Positions 35,349 to 46,280 of a stretch of 64,000 bases of DNA are shown here, piece after piece. Under the pieces are notes generated by a model, which worked only from the letters and a program-made list of their open reading frames with translations, ran no database searches and was not told where the DNA came from. Origin of the DNA: Eubacterium sp. (GTDB taxonomy: Bacteria; Bacillota; Clostridia; Lachnospirales; Lachnospiraceae). The translations under genes and the position numbers were made by a program. The DNA lies in NCBI GenBank assembly GCA_017433615.1, contig JAFRGW010000150.1, positions 17,771-81,770 of the forward strand, written 5' to 3'. Position 1 is the first letter of the stretch. Each line of letters starts with the position of its first letter.

Positions 35349-37682
35349 TTATTTATAATCTTCGACCGTATACATTCTGGATATAATCCGTCCGCCATCC
35401 TTATCGTGATAACATACGACTGGTTCTATAGTACCGTAAGGATATTGATTTTTCATCTCTTTATTGCCAAATTTGCCTTGAAACAGGTACTTTGTCATTC
35501 TGCCAAAGCCAGTTCTCTTTCCTTTGCACAGAACTGACCCCTCACCTGTTTCTGTATTGACTGTCAACAATTCGGTGTCAACAACGCGCGAAGAACTCGC
35601 TTCTCCTCTTAACGCAGTAACTATAATATCTCTGTCCTTTTTCCTTTTTTTCTTTTTGATGATCGTGATCTGCTGATCCATCATCAGGCGAATTGTGCTG
35701 TCTCCCGTAGTATCACACACACCGAAATATTTTCCTCCTGAGATAGCAATACTGAAACGGCCGGATAGGTTTTGAGACCGTTGATCCGTCTTCAATAACT
35801 GTATTCCTTTGGTTTTCCCAAAAACCGGATAGATCGTTCCGGCAATTTTAGCATATAAGTAGTATTGCCATCCTTTCTGCATGCATGATTCCGGAAGGAA
35901 AAAGGTGTTACGATCGCAATCATTCTCCGTCCCTGGGCAGTTCCCCACAGGTCTGTTATCATTGCGCATCAGTATTATCTGTTCTGCCTCTGTGTCCAGT
36001 TCCAGCTGCAGACCTTTTTCTGTTTTCTGTATCTTCTGTAGTGTTGGAGCATCCCTGTCGATCTGAATCTGCAGGATATCGGAAAACCCAAAGTTCAACC
36101 GGACATGGACTCCGTCCTGATCCATTCCCGTCCTATGGCATCTCCGTACCAATCCGCCGCCAGCTCCGGAAAGTAACACTTCCCCCTCCTCAAAACGGTT
36201 GTGGAAGTGAAGCAGAATGACATACCTTCCCGTTGTATCCGGATCTTCGGCTATCTCTTTCAAGGGAACTGTCAGGCAGAAACCCGCACCGTCATAATTG
36301 TAATTTCCAGTCTGTCCGGTAAGGGGATCCCTGACATTCCCGTATTGTTCTGTGAGTTTTTCAATCGGTCTTGCTGTAACATCCAGAGATATCCTCTTTC
36401 CAGTGATTTCGCTGCAAAGCCACGCTTCGATCTTCTGATCTTCCGGTGCCAGAAGATTTATCCGTCTTCTGTACACGTGTGCATCGATTTCAATCCTGTC
36501 CGGTTCCATGCGTATATCATCGATGTATTTGCTGGGTGCAAGCCGTGTCAGATATTCTGTAGAATCGATATGTTTCAGTCTCCCATCGCAGAACGGAACA
36601 CTTGTATAAAGCCTGTTGTTCTCTTCACTGACAATCAAATCCGTATTGTGTTGTTTCTGAAATTCTCTGACCTCACGAAGTCCCTTCAAATCACCTTCCC
36701 GCACATATAAATATTTTGCCTGCTGCAGGATTGGGAGTTCTCTTAATATCTCAAAATCAATGGATTCATCAATATACGAATTAATAAGACCAAGCATCTC
36801 TGTCATTGCTGCGTCATCCAGTAAATCACAATTGTTAATGAATATCGAAAGGTCGATATCCAGTACCTTGTAATAGAATGCCCGCATCAATATTTCCCGT
36901 GCACCTTCCTCCTTCAGAAAGCAGCCAATGGACTTTGAGACCCGTATACGATCCCTGAGATTGCGCAGCTCTGTCTTATTCTGCGTAATAGACCTTGTTT
37001 CGCCATCCCGTTCTCTCCAGAGATATCCGACCTCCTGATCAACAGACACATGATTTGCCTTATGATGCATCTTACAGGCAAGCAGCATATCCTCATAGAG
37101 AATATTCTCCTCAAAACGAAATGCATTTTCAAAAAAGAAGGACCTTCTGATCAGTTTATTTGTAGAGATGGTGTCATACACCAGACCTTCATTCCGGCTG
37201 ATGTGCGCAATACGCGGCAGATTGTATAATGCGCGCTGCAGAAGAAATGTACTCCAGCGACGCTGTGAATCAAATCTCCAGACGTTGCAGATAACCATAT
37301 CACTGTTGTCATACTCAGCCATGTAGAACATACGTTCCAGTGCACGGTCTGTCAGTAAATCATCGGAGTCTAAAAACATCAGATATTTCCCCGATGCATA
37401 TGTCGCACCCAGGTTTCTGGCATGACCCAGCCCGCCGTTCTCAATATGATACACCTGCATCTGCGGATATCTGGCTGCATATTCTTCCGCGATCCGGCCG
37501 CTGCTGTCAGTTGAACCGTCATCGATCATAATGACTTCGGTGTGCACAAATCCCTGCCGCAGAACAGACTCCAGACACTCCTCCAGATATTCTTCGACGT
37601 TGTAGACCGGTATTATGATACTGATGTCAGGCGTTTTTTCTTTCGCCGGATCACCTGTGATCGTTTTTTCCTCTTTTTGCAT
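35349..37682 (-). CDS. GT2 glycosyltransferase with long C-terminal beta-rich extension
   Basis: IPVYNVE, DDGSTD, FLDSDD, YED and WRER..SITQ motifs. Confidence 0.85.
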   Translation of the reverse strand: MQKEEKTITGDPAKEKTPDISIIIPVYNVEEYLEECLESVLRQGFVHTEVIMIDDGSTDSSGRIAEEYAARYPQMQVYHIENGGLGHARNLGATYASGKYLMFLDSDDLLTDRALERMFYMAEYDNSDMVICNVWRFDSQRRWSTFLLQRALYNLPRIAHISRNEGLVYDTISTNKLIRRSFFFENAFRFEENILYEDMLLACKMHHKANHVSVDQEVGYLWRERDGETRSITQNKTELRNLRDRIRVSKSIGCFLKEEGAREILMRAFYYKVLDIDLSIFINNCDLLDDAAMTEMLGLINSYIDESIDFEILRELPILQQAKYLYVREGDLKGLREVREFQKQHNTDLIVSEENNRLYTSVPFCDGRLKHIDSTEYLTRLAPSKYIDDIRMEPDRIEIDAHVYRRRINLLAPEDQKIEAWLCSEITGKRISLDVTARPIEKLTEQYGNVRDPLTGQTGNYNYDGAGFCLTVPLKEIAEDPDTTGRYVILLHFHNRFEEGEVLLSGAGGGLVRRCHRTGMDQDGVHVRLNFGFSDILQIQIDRDAPTLQKIQKTEKGLQLELDTEAEQIILMRNDNRPVGNCPGTENDCDRNTFFLPESCMQKGWQYYLYAKIAGTIYPVFGKTKGIQLLKTDQRSQNLSGRFSIAISGGKYFGVCDTTGDSTIRLMMDQQITIIKKKKRKKDRDIIVTALRGEASSSRVVDTELLTVNTETGEGSVLCKGKRTGFGRMTKYLFQGKFGNKEMKNQYPYGTIEPVVCYHDKDGGRIISRMYTVEDYK

Positions 37683-40600
37683 TTATTTAACCCGCTCTTT
37701 GAGATACTGATAGATTCTGGCGCTGTTTTGATCATCTGTGTATGCAAAATACTTCGGATAATCCTGACAATCCTGCTCCGGGATACAGAATCCGTTTTTG
37801 ATCGTCTCCTCCAGCATCCGCAGGAGTTCTTCCCGATCTTCTGTCCTCTGCCCGAACAGTTCCGTACGCATATCGATATAACTGCCGTGTACTTCGTTGT
37901 ATTTTTCCAGATCAAACTGGTAGAACAATACCGGCTTTTTCTGGTAATACATATCCCAGCAGACACTGGAATAGTCTGTGATCAGCATCCGCGCGCGCAT
38001 CATGATTTCATTCAGCGGCTCTTCTCCGAAACGCACCAGACGAATCCGGCTGTTCTCCTCCCGCCGGTTTGCAAAGAAGGACTCAATCAGACCCGCAAAC
38101 TTTGGATGAAGGTAGAAAATCACGTCGCAGTTATCGCGCTCCAGCAGATCTGCGAGCCGTCCGTCATTCAGCAGTGCACTGTAGTTTTTAAAATAGTCAC
38201 TCTGGACGAATGCTTCGTCGCCGGTCTCCTCCAGCCAGGCCCGCCAGGTCGGCATGATCAGGATTGTCCGGTCTGTCTCTGTACTCTTATCCTCAAGTAC
38301 ATCCCAGCGTGCAAACCCGGTTATCGGAATATTCTCGGAAGCATAGCCAAAATTCTTTTCGATAATATCATGCTCAAACTTTGACGTTGTGACAAAGTAA
38401 TCCATCGAGAATCCGCTCATCGCCCCGAATATCATATGATCCTGCTTCAGAGCCGTCACACCGTGCTGCAAAAACATGATCTCCTTGTTTCTGATCTGTC
38501 TCCGGATCAGGCTGATCTTCGGACGCCATGCATAGACGTGCATTTTAGATTCAGACCCGATATAGATTCTGGCTGCCAGAAGATACAGCAGATGCCGGAA
38601 GCTCATAAACGGTACGACATGTCTGCCATACATACTGACTCGATCCAGATCCGGCGAGCGCTTATCTATCACATAATAAATTTCTCTGTTTTTGTCAGGC
38701 GGCAGCTGCTCCATACAGTATTTAAAGAAATAATACCCATTATCCTGTGCGGAGTTGGACTGCTTTTCAAATACCAGCCAGATCTTTCTGCGCCGCAGCA
38801 ACGAGCCAAAGACCTTATAAATACCAAATGCACACGCTTCCTTCAGTACATTTGCTGTCCCGTCATACGGGCTGCTCTCACGGTATGTAAAGGCCAGAAA
38901 ATCTCCGTTCCGGTACTGTGGAAAGACTATAAACTGATCATCCACCTTGAATTCCAGATTCTTCAGATAGAACAGCAGTTTCCACTTTTTCGAAACAAAG
39001 TGTGCCTGGATACGGTACACAACACCGTTCCATTCACAGATCACATGCGGATCCCAGTATACCGGCTTCAATTCCAGGCCGGCAAAATCAATCTGTGCAT
39101 CCAGACGAATAATCCCGGCCTGTTCTGTCTGTGTATACTGCATGGAATGGTACAGTTCGTCTTTTCCCCTGTGGCGTAAAACAACATCTTTCACAGCCAT
39201 ACCGGGAATTGCCGGCAGTTCCATCCTGAGTCTGATCTTTGTCTTCTCCGGCTTAAAAGCAGTGACCGCCGCCCAGGTTTCCCGGTCAAGGCACTCCGGC
39301 ACCCGGGTCTTTGCGACATGGAATCCTTCCATCCAGCCGCGCGGATAGGGAATCCATGTGATTGCAGATTCCTCGCCGGTCTCACGGTCCGGACCTGTCA
39401 TCACAGGCTTCAGGAAGCAGTCGGTAATTCCTGCCCGCCAGATCGTTTCGATGGTATGACCCTGCAGTGCAGGATCCCGGAAAACAGCATATCTGACCGA
39501 TCCGCTTTTGTGATCCCGCACCGCACCTGCAATCAGACAACTCTCATTCCGCGGGAATACTGCCGCAAGCGCTTCTGCGTCAATGCTCCACTGCTTCCCG
39601 TCTGCATCTGCCGGGAAGCATTCTGTAATCTCCAGCCGGCGGTTTACCAGCAGAATCTTTTCAAGCGTATATCGATCGGTATCCTTGAGAATCAGTGTGT
39701 ATCTGCTCTCCGACTGCATCACCGATGCACTTACCCGAAGTGGTGCTGCTGACCGGACCGAACATCCTTCTTCCGGTACAAACAGTTTTGTAATATATTT
39801 TTCCTGAACCGGCAGTTTTGAAAACAGGCGGCGCATCTCGCGCAGCTTCACCTCTCGCTTAACACGTTTGCTGCCAAGCTTCTGCTGCAGCAGTTCCCAG
39901 TAAGAGACAACCTGCGCATTGGTGCGGATCACATAGTCAAACCGTTCATTGTACGTCTCGTGCATCGCACCGCGGATTGCTTCGGTAAAATCCGCACGGT
40001 TCAGCAGCACGATATCATTCTCTTCTACTGTGCCGGAAACAGCAGCCAGATCAGCCGGATCTTCCATGACTGCCGGTTTGATTACACGCCGCTCTTCCGT
40101 AAGATTCCGGCTGTAATCCGTCACCGGAACAGCATCTTCCTTGCCGTGCAGGACAACATCAAGCATACGGTCCGGTGTATCTGCCGCATCATATCCAAGG
40201 AAACGGCTGCTGTAAGGCGTGCCCTCGTAGGATCCGTCCAGCTGCTTCTCCCCGGTCAGGTAAGCTGACAATTCTTCCGTCGTATGCGCAAAATGGAACG
40301 GGAGGTCTTTGATATCAAAGTACATGCCGCGCTCCCGCATATATTCATCATAATCATAAATAAACAGTATGATCGGTTTTCCGGTAATACTGTAATCAAA
40401 CATAACACTGGAATAATCTGTTATCAATGCATCCGCACAGTTCAGAAATGCGTAATTATTAACATCCTGCGGGAACTGCCGGATATGACGGTAATTATCC
40501 AGTCCCTTCATGCCGCGCATCAGCTGATGAAAATTGACATACAAAAACTGATCATCTGTCAGCACTTCATCGATCTGATCCAGTATCGCACGCAGATCCG

Positions 40601-41357
40601 CCTCGTATGCAGGGTCAACAGAGGATGTGTTGGCGCCGCGCCATGTCGGCATATAAGCAAACAGCTGCTTGTCCTCCAGGCCGTATTTTGCCCGGATCTC
40701 TTCTGCGTTTTTCCGGTCGAAAAAAATACTGTTCCGCGGGTAACCGCACAGGACAGTTTTTCCGGTATACAAATTGGTCAGATTGTAGTCGCGCATAAGT
40801 GCATCGCGCGTAAATTCGTTGGGAAACAGCAGATGGCTTGCCTGCAGAAAGCTGTGCTGCGCATAGAACATGGACTCAAGCCCTTCACGCATCTGTTTTC
40901 CGAGCGTTTTCAGCGGGGTTCCGTGCCATGTCTGCAGATATTTCTGTTCATCCTTCCGGATATACCAGGCCGGAAAGGAATTGTTGTTAAAGAGATATTC
41001 GGCCGTTGCCAGAATTTTCAGGTACTTAATGGATTCGATTGTGACCAGCTTCACCGGCAGATGATGTTCTGCGACAAACTGCTCATGTTCTGCAAGCTTG
41101 CTCTTACTGGAAGCATAAAAAATTTCATACTGACTGCACTCCTCCCGCTGCATCAGCGCAAGAAGCATAAAATAAGAAGAATCTGATATACTCTGTCCGT
41201 GAAATGATTCAAACAGGATCCTGTTTTTTACGACCTTACTTTTTTTATAATACCGGGCATAGAGATATCGCTTTCCCTTCAGCTTTTTGAGCGTTTTTTT
41301 GATTTTTCCGAGCATACCTATCATCCTTCGGTGAATCTGATCCTCCCGTTCTTTCAT
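37683..41357 (-). CDS. Double TagF-like CDP-glycerol glycerophosphotransferase
   Basis: Domain 1: FESF, QTWHGTPLK, GYPRN, YMPTWR, TDYSS. Domain 2: DNG, LQHGV, GFARWD, MPTWR, LHP, TDYSS. True start may be 41315. Confidence 0.88.
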   Translation of the reverse strand: MKEREDQIHRRMIGMLGKIKKTLKKLKGKRYLYARYYKKSKVVKNRILFESFHGQSISDSSYFMLLALMQREECSQYEIFYASSKSKLAEHEQFVAEHHLPVKLVTIESIKYLKILATAEYLFNNNSFPAWYIRKDEQKYLQTWHGTPLKTLGKQMREGLESMFYAQHSFLQASHLLFPNEFTRDALMRDYNLTNLYTGKTVLCGYPRNSIFFDRKNAEEIRAKYGLEDKQLFAYMPTWRGANTSSVDPAYEADLRAILDQIDEVLTDDQFLYVNFHQLMRGMKGLDNYRHIRQFPQDVNNYAFLNCADALITDYSSVMFDYSITGKPIILFIYDYDEYMRERGMYFDIKDLPFHFAHTTEELSAYLTGEKQLDGSYEGTPYSSRFLGYDAADTPDRMLDVVLHGKEDAVPVTDYSRNLTEERRVIKPAVMEDPADLAAVSGTVEENDIVLLNRADFTEAIRGAMHETYNERFDYVIRTNAQVVSYWELLQQKLGSKRVKREVKLREMRRLFSKLPVQEKYITKLFVPEEGCSVRSAAPLRVSASVMQSESRYTLILKDTDRYTLEKILLVNRRLEITECFPADADGKQWSIDAEALAAVFPRNESCLIAGAVRDHKSGSVRYAVFRDPALQGHTIETIWRAGITDCFLKPVMTGPDRETGEESAITWIPYPRGWMEGFHVAKTRVPECLDRETWAAVTAFKPEKTKIRLRMELPAIPGMAVKDVVLRHRGKDELYHSMQYTQTEQAGIIRLDAQIDFAGLELKPVYWDPHVICEWNGVVYRIQAHFVSKKWKLLFYLKNLEFKVDDQFIVFPQYRNGDFLAFTYRESSPYDGTANVLKEACAFGIYKVFGSLLRRRKIWLVFEKQSNSAQDNGYYFFKYCMEQLPPDKNREIYYVIDKRSPDLDRVSMYGRHVVPFMSFRHLLYLLAARIYIGSESKMHVYAWRPKISLIRRQIRNKEIMFLQHGVTALKQDHMIFGAMSGFSMDYFVTTSKFEHDIIEKNFGYASENIPITGFARWDVLEDKSTETDRTILIMPTWRAWLEETGDEAFVQSDYFKNYSALLNDGRLADLLERDNCDVIFYLHPKFAGLIESFFANRREENSRIRLVRFGEEPLNEIMMRARMLITDYSSVCWDMYYQKKPVLFYQFDLEKYNEVHGSYIDMRTELFGQRTEDREELLRMLEETIKNGFCIPEQDCQDYPKYFAYTDDQNSARIYQYLKERVK

Positions 41358-41410
41358 CCGGTTCAGATCCTGTTCACATGCAGCTGTACAGCAGAAAGAG
41401 AATCCGTATA

Positions 41411-41812
41411 TTACTTCGTCGTTGTTTTCAGATCTGACTTAATCTGTGTCGTTGAAATTTCCGGCGTCCGCGGAAGATAGACAACTTCAACCCCCTCTTC
41501 TCTCAGGAAGTCAAACTTGCCTTTCCAGTCATCACCCATGACAAAGGTGTCCACATGATAGAGCTTCACATCCGTCCGCTTCTGCTCCCAGTTTTCCTCC
41601 GGGATTACGAGATCGACTGCACGGAGTGCCTCCAGCATCTTCTTGCGTTCCTCATAGGTGAAATAACACTTTTTCTGCTTCATATTCCAGTTAAACTCAT
41701 CTGTCGAGAGCGCCACAATCAGGTAATCCCCCATTGCCTTCGCGCGCTGCAGCAGGTTAATATGACCGTAATGAAGCAGATCATAAGTTCCATACGTAAT
41801 CACCCGTTTCAT
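41411..41812 (-). CDS. tagD: Glycerol-3-phosphate cytidylyltransferase
   Basis: MKRVITYGTYDLLHYGH...MGDDW.GKFDFL...RTPEISTT. Confidence 0.97.
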   Translation of the reverse strand: MKRVITYGTYDLLHYGHINLLQRAKAMGDYLIVALSTDEFNWNMKQKKCYFTYEERKKMLEALRAVDLVIPEENWEQKRTDVKLYHVDTFVMGDDWKGKFDFLREEGVEVVYLPRTPEISTTQIKSDLKTTTK

Positions 41813-42780
41813 ACCTGTTCACCTCGTAAATATGCATTCACCTTATCTTCATCCAATAGTTCCGGGTGGCTCTTCCGGATAATACTGATTGCAGCATCTG
41901 TTGCTGTATCCTTCTTGCCCTCTTCCAGAATCTTTTCCAGCCGCTGCGTCTCTTTTTTTGCTTTTGCTGCGCGTTCTTTCTCCTGACGCTTCTGGAATCC
42001 CTGTGCCAGTTTAAAAATGTCATCTCTGTTTTTCGGCAGTTTCTTTGTAAAAAGAAATTCCTCGTAAGCATCGCAATAGAGTTCTGTCTCATCTGTGAAA
42101 GCAATCTGATTGCCATGATCCAGCCAGAGAATTTTATTACAGAGTTCGCGGATCTGATCAATCGAATGCGAGACCAGAATACCTGTGATACCGCCTGCCA
42201 GAATCTCTTTCATCTTGTCTCCGCTTTTTTTGCGGAATGCACCGTCACCGACGCTGAGAACTTCATCCAGAATCAGGACATCCGGTGCCACGAGACATGC
42301 GATTGAAAAGGCCAGACGGCTCTTCATTCCACTGGAGAGCTGCTTAAACGTGTATTCCTGAAAATCCTCCAGTTCTGCGAAACCGATTATTTCATCATAC
42401 ATTTCATCCAGGAATTCGCGCGTATATCCGAGCATCGCACCGCGCAGATAGGTATTTTCCCGGACTGTCATATCGCCGTCAAATCCACTGGCAAGCTCCA
42501 GCAGCGCAGCAATGGTTCCTTTGACCTTAACCGTACCCTCTGCAGGAAGCATAATACCTGTCACAGCCTTCAGCAAAGTACTCTTTCCGGCACCGTTGGA
42601 TCCGACAATGCCGAGCATGTCACCTTTTTCGAGCTGAAATGTAATGTTTTTATCTGCCCAGAATTCTTTTACATGAAAGTTACGGGTCAGTTTCCGCATG
42701 ACATACTCTTTCAGTCCGATGGATTTGAAATCCCCGGTTATATATCTGATACTGACATTATTACAGTCAATGATTGCCAT
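41809..42780 (-). CDS. Polysaccharide/teichoic-acid ABC exporter ATPase (TagH/Wzt-like, no CBM)
   Basis: GSNGAGKST, LSSGMKSRLAF, ILDEVLSVGD and VSH motifs; short helical C-terminal tail. Confidence 0.92.
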   Translation of the reverse strand: MAIIDCNNVSIRYITGDFKSIGLKEYVMRKLTRNFHVKEFWADKNITFQLEKGDMLGIVGSNGAGKSTLLKAVTGIMLPAEGTVKVKGTIAALLELASGFDGDMTVRENTYLRGAMLGYTREFLDEMYDEIIGFAELEDFQEYTFKQLSSGMKSRLAFSIACLVAPDVLILDEVLSVGDGAFRKKSGDKMKEILAGGITGILVSHSIDQIRELCNKILWLDHGNQIAFTDETELYCDAYEEFLFTKKLPKNRDDIFKLAQGFQKRQEKERAAKAKKETQRLEKILEEGKKDTATDAAISIIRKSHPELLDEDKVNAYLRGEQV

Positions 42781-42795
42781 AGCATTCCCCTTACA

Positions 42796-43599
42796 TTAGA
42801 AGTAATAGACAAATTTATGATTCAGTGATTTGTACATAATCGAACCGATGATCAGGAATATAACTGCATAAAAAGCACATAATCCATGATACCCGGGCGA
42901 GGGGATCTTACAGTCGATTACTACCAGTCGTATGTATTTAATCATTACATACACCGGATTCAGCAGAAACATGCGCTGTACTTTCGGTGAAAATGAGTCT
43001 ATCCGGTAGAAAATAGCTGAAAGATACTGCAGCAATACCAGAAATACACTATATAAGTACGATGTGTCACGGAAAAAAATAAACAGGGCCGACAATATCA
43101 TTCCGACACCGATACAAAGCATTGCAAGACAGATAATCGGATAAATAATCGCAAACATATGGAAGCCAAAGTGGATGTGATCGAAAATACAAAATATAAA
43201 GAATACAACCACCGTCAGCATAAAGTTGATAAACGCCGATACATTTCTTGAAAACAGAAACAGATACTTCGGAACATTGATTTTTGACAAAATCGCCTTG
43301 TTTCCGTACAGACTGCTCATGCCGTTATTTGTCGCTTCTCTGTAATAGGACATGACAATATTTCCGGCAAACAGATAAATGGTATAGTGCTCTGTATTTC
43401 TTCCGAAAAAATTCGTAAATACCAGTTTCATAACCAGCAGTGTAAGCAGTGGAGAAAGCACACTCCACATCATACCCAGAACGGTCCGCTTGTATTTCTG
43501 TTTAAAATCACGTTTGACAAGCTCCTCAAAGAGGAAAAAATACCTGTGAAACGTACGCAGTGTACGCTTCGTATCTTTTTGTGCGTGTTCTAAAACCAT
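42796..43599 (-). CDS. ABC-2 polysaccharide exporter permease (TagG/Wzm-like)
   Basis: LVKRDFKQKYKRTVLG..W, FFRD and LLNP motifs; 6 TMs. Confidence 0.92.
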   Translation of the reverse strand: MVLEHAQKDTKRTLRTFHRYFFLFEELVKRDFKQKYKRTVLGMMWSVLSPLLTLLVMKLVFTNFFGRNTEHYTIYLFAGNIVMSYYREATNNGMSSLYGNKAILSKINVPKYLFLFSRNVSAFINFMLTVVVFFIFCIFDHIHFGFHMFAIIYPIICLAMLCIGVGMILSALFIFFRDTSYLYSVFLVLLQYLSAIFYRIDSFSPKVQRMFLLNPVYVMIKYIRLVVIDCKIPSPGYHGLCAFYAVIFLIIGSIMYKSLNHKFVYYF

Positions 43600-43632
43600 G
43601 GTTTATCCTCGTTTTTTATTATTTTTCTTCCT

Positions 43633-45108
43633 TTACTCGGCACCGCGCCCTCTGACGACAACTTCAACCGTCTTTACCAGCAGCTTGCAGTCGAGTTTCA
43701 GGCTCCATTCCCGGATATACTTCATATCCAGCTGCACGACTTTCTCAAAATCAACGATGTCGCTTCTTCCGCTCACCTGCCACATACCGGTCAGACCCGG
43801 TTTGACAGACAGACGGGCCCGGTGATGCGGGCTGTAAAGCTTCCACTCGTCGACCGTCGGCGGGCGTGTTCCGACCAGACTCATGTCTCCCTTCAGCACA
43901 TTCCAGAACTGCGGCAGTTCATCTATCGAATACTTGCGCATGAAACGGCCGATCGGAAGGATCCGGGGATCATTGTCCACCTTGAACATGTGTCCCTTCA
44001 TCTTATTCTGCTTCAGCAGCTCTTTTTTTCGTTTGTCCGCATCCGGATACATGGAACGGAACTTGTAGATCCGGAAGCGTCTGCCGTTCAGACCGACTCT
44101 GATCTGCTCATAGAAAATCGGTCCCTTCGACTGGTGATAAATGATCGGTGCAAATATCACAAATGCGATTCCTGTCAGGATTAAGCCGACAAGTGCCCCG
44201 GCAATGTCCATGAGCCGCTTGATCATCAGCTTTGTGGCAGATACACTCTGCACTGCACTGGTCATAACGGAACGTCCGCCGACTGTCTCAATCTCCTGAT
44301 TCGGAAGTCCCTTGAACTGTTTGGTAAGCGCAATATGAACCGTAATGCCCATTGTTATCAGGTCTTTTGCCAGTTCTTTCTCAACCTTCGGATCGTCCAG
44401 ATCAATGAATACCTCATCTACCGGATTGTTAATGGTGTATGTGTCCAGTTCATCGCGGCTGTGCAGCAGTTTTTCCGGCGGAACCGCGTCTGCAGGTTCG
44501 TCTTCTTCCGGCACTGTATTCTGTTCAGCCCGTAACGGATCTGACTGCGGTGCAGGCTCGCTATCCCCTGTATCCAGGATTAATACAGCACCGATTTGAT
44601 ACCGGTTCTTCCCGTATTTTTCAAGCCGCAGGTAATTGTCCTGTACATGACTGCTCCCGGTCACCAGCACCAGATTCGAAAGTTCCGCGCGCTGAAGAAA
44701 CAGCTTTTTGACCAGAATCTTATAGATACTGCGCACCAGCCAGACGGCAAGAATTCCCGCAATCCAGAACATGAGGAATATACCACGTGAGAAAAGTGCG
44801 CCGCGTTTCGTCAAAAAGTGATACAGCATGATGCCGACCGCAAGGATCGATATATACTTGAACGATTCTGCCAGTTCATGCAGCGGTCCCCGCTTCAGAA
44901 TATTCTTATGAAGCGGAAGCAGAAATACGACAAAAAGCGCCAGCATAATCACAACGATCTGAGTTGTGCGATAAACCGGCGCATAGTTCCAGTTCATAAC
45001 CCGCATGCGGATTCGACAGACAACATAATAAACAAGCGCTGCCGTTAATACATCCAGCGCCATAAAATCCAGGTGCTTCAGCCATCTGGCTTTCTCCCTC
45101 TGATGCAT
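43633..45108 (-). CDS. Priming undecaprenyl-phosphate sugar phosphotransferase (CpsE/WchA-like)
   Basis: KRLMDI, KFRSM, DPR, SIDELPQ, GDMSLVGTRP and KPGLTG.WQVSGR motifs. Confidence 0.95.
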   Translation of the reverse strand: MHQREKARWLKHLDFMALDVLTAALVYYVVCRIRMRVMNWNYAPVYRTTQIVVIMLALFVVFLLPLHKNILKRGPLHELAESFKYISILAVGIMLYHFLTKRGALFSRGIFLMFWIAGILAVWLVRSIYKILVKKLFLQRAELSNLVLVTGSSHVQDNYLRLEKYGKNRYQIGAVLILDTGDSEPAPQSDPLRAEQNTVPEEDEPADAVPPEKLLHSRDELDTYTINNPVDEVFIDLDDPKVEKELAKDLITMGITVHIALTKQFKGLPNQEIETVGGRSVMTSAVQSVSATKLMIKRLMDIAGALVGLILTGIAFVIFAPIIYHQSKGPIFYEQIRVGLNGRRFRIYKFRSMYPDADKRKKELLKQNKMKGHMFKVDNDPRILPIGRFMRKYSIDELPQFWNVLKGDMSLVGTRPPTVDEWKLYSPHHRARLSVKPGLTGMWQVSGRSDIVDFEKVVQLDMKYIREWSLKLDCKLLVKTVEVVVRGRGAE

Positions 45109-45150
45109 CCGTCATACTCCCCTGTGCAACATTTTACAATGACTTGCCGT

Positions 45151-45179
45151 ATTATAGCAAAATAATGCCTGTAAAGCAA
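45151..45179 (-). promoter_or_regulatory. Promoter TTGCTT-N17-TATAAT with extended TG (TGCTATAAT)
   Basis: Read on the minus strand in the 45109-45188 gap, upstream of the second priming transferase. Confidence 0.7.
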
Positions 45180-45188
45180 GCAGCCGCA

Positions 45189-46250
45189 CTATTTCTCAAA
45201 CCCGGACTTCTCCGGAAAGTGCTGTTCCAGTGCTGCATTCACTTCTGCCTTTATGCTGTCAAAATCCTGTATATCAGCGCTGTCATTGATACAGATCAGC
45301 CTGCATTTTCCCGGATTCTGCAGCAGCTGCTTTACCTTTCCGAGATCCTGCGGCAGACAGGTATAGTTTCCGAAACGGATATCCCGCGGAACGAACTGTC
45401 CGCTCAGCAGCTGCCAGTGCCGGATCAGCCAGTCTGTGACATCCGCCTTGCTGCGGAACTTGTGCAGACTGGTTTCGTGAAGCAGATCCGCCTCCTTCTC
45501 CCAGACCGTCTCATAGGTGCTCTTTAAAAAGCTCAGCGGAATGTGCGGCTCATAAATCCCGTTGATGCCGGACCACTGCATGAAGATTGCCGTGCGGAGA
45601 TTGCTCTTCCCATATGCGGGATTGATCCATTTCGACCGGTTTTTCTTCACATCTGCCGATGAAAAGTATTTATTGATCACTTCCAGATTATTCATCTCCA
45701 GGGCTGCAATTCCGTTCGGGGTGACAACAAACGGCGTCAGGACACCTGTGTCCTTCGGCAGTCCGTTTACAAAGAAATCCTCCGGCCGGGTCGGCCCGAT
45801 CACAAACATATCATCGTTAAAATCAATAAACTGTTCAGCAAGCCCGGGAATCCTGTGAAAATTCAGTTCAATTGTATTCGTATTAAATGTCGGAAGATAT
45901 TCTTCCGGTATAAAATCCGTATGCTTTACGAGATGCAGCCTGCTGCAGCCGGTATTGATCCATGCGGGATAATGTCCGCACGTCACCAGATGGACTTTGC
46001 GAATCCATGGCATATACCGCTCGATCCCGCGGAAGATATACTGCAGATTGTCCCAGTCACGAAATCTGGTATCGCTGGTCCCCGCCTTGTATGCACTTCG
46101 CTGCGGCGTGTGCGCGGCGCGCTCTTTCTGCCATGCGGGATCATTTCCGTCCACCCATGTGATAACTGCATCAATGGGTGCGCGTCTCCTGCTACTGTCT
46201 TTTCCCGCCTGATTCGTTTGCTGTCTGCGATGATTCATCCTGCGCTTCAT
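45189..46250 (-). CDS. Stealth-family hexose-1-phosphate transferase
   Basis: CR1 IDAVITWVDGNDPAW, CR2 RFRDWD...PTFN..IE...FNDD, CR3 EPH..KFR, CR4 ICIND. Confidence 0.92.
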   Translation of the reverse strand: MKRRMNHRRQQTNQAGKDSSRRRAPIDAVITWVDGNDPAWQKERAAHTPQRSAYKAGTSDTRFRDWDNLQYIFRGIERYMPWIRKVHLVTCGHYPAWINTGCSRLHLVKHTDFIPEEYLPTFNTNTIELNFHRIPGLAEQFIDFNDDMFVIGPTRPEDFFVNGLPKDTGVLTPFVVTPNGIAALEMNNLEVINKYFSSADVKKNRSKWINPAYGKSNLRTAIFMQWSGINGIYEPHIPLSFLKSTYETVWEKEADLLHETSLHKFRSKADVTDWLIRHWQLLSGQFVPRDIRFGNYTCLPQDLGKVKQLLQNPGKCRLICINDSADIQDFDSIKAEVNAALEQHFPEKSGFEK

Positions 46251-46280
46251 CCCTTTCCTGTCTGCTGGTACGCTTCTGCC

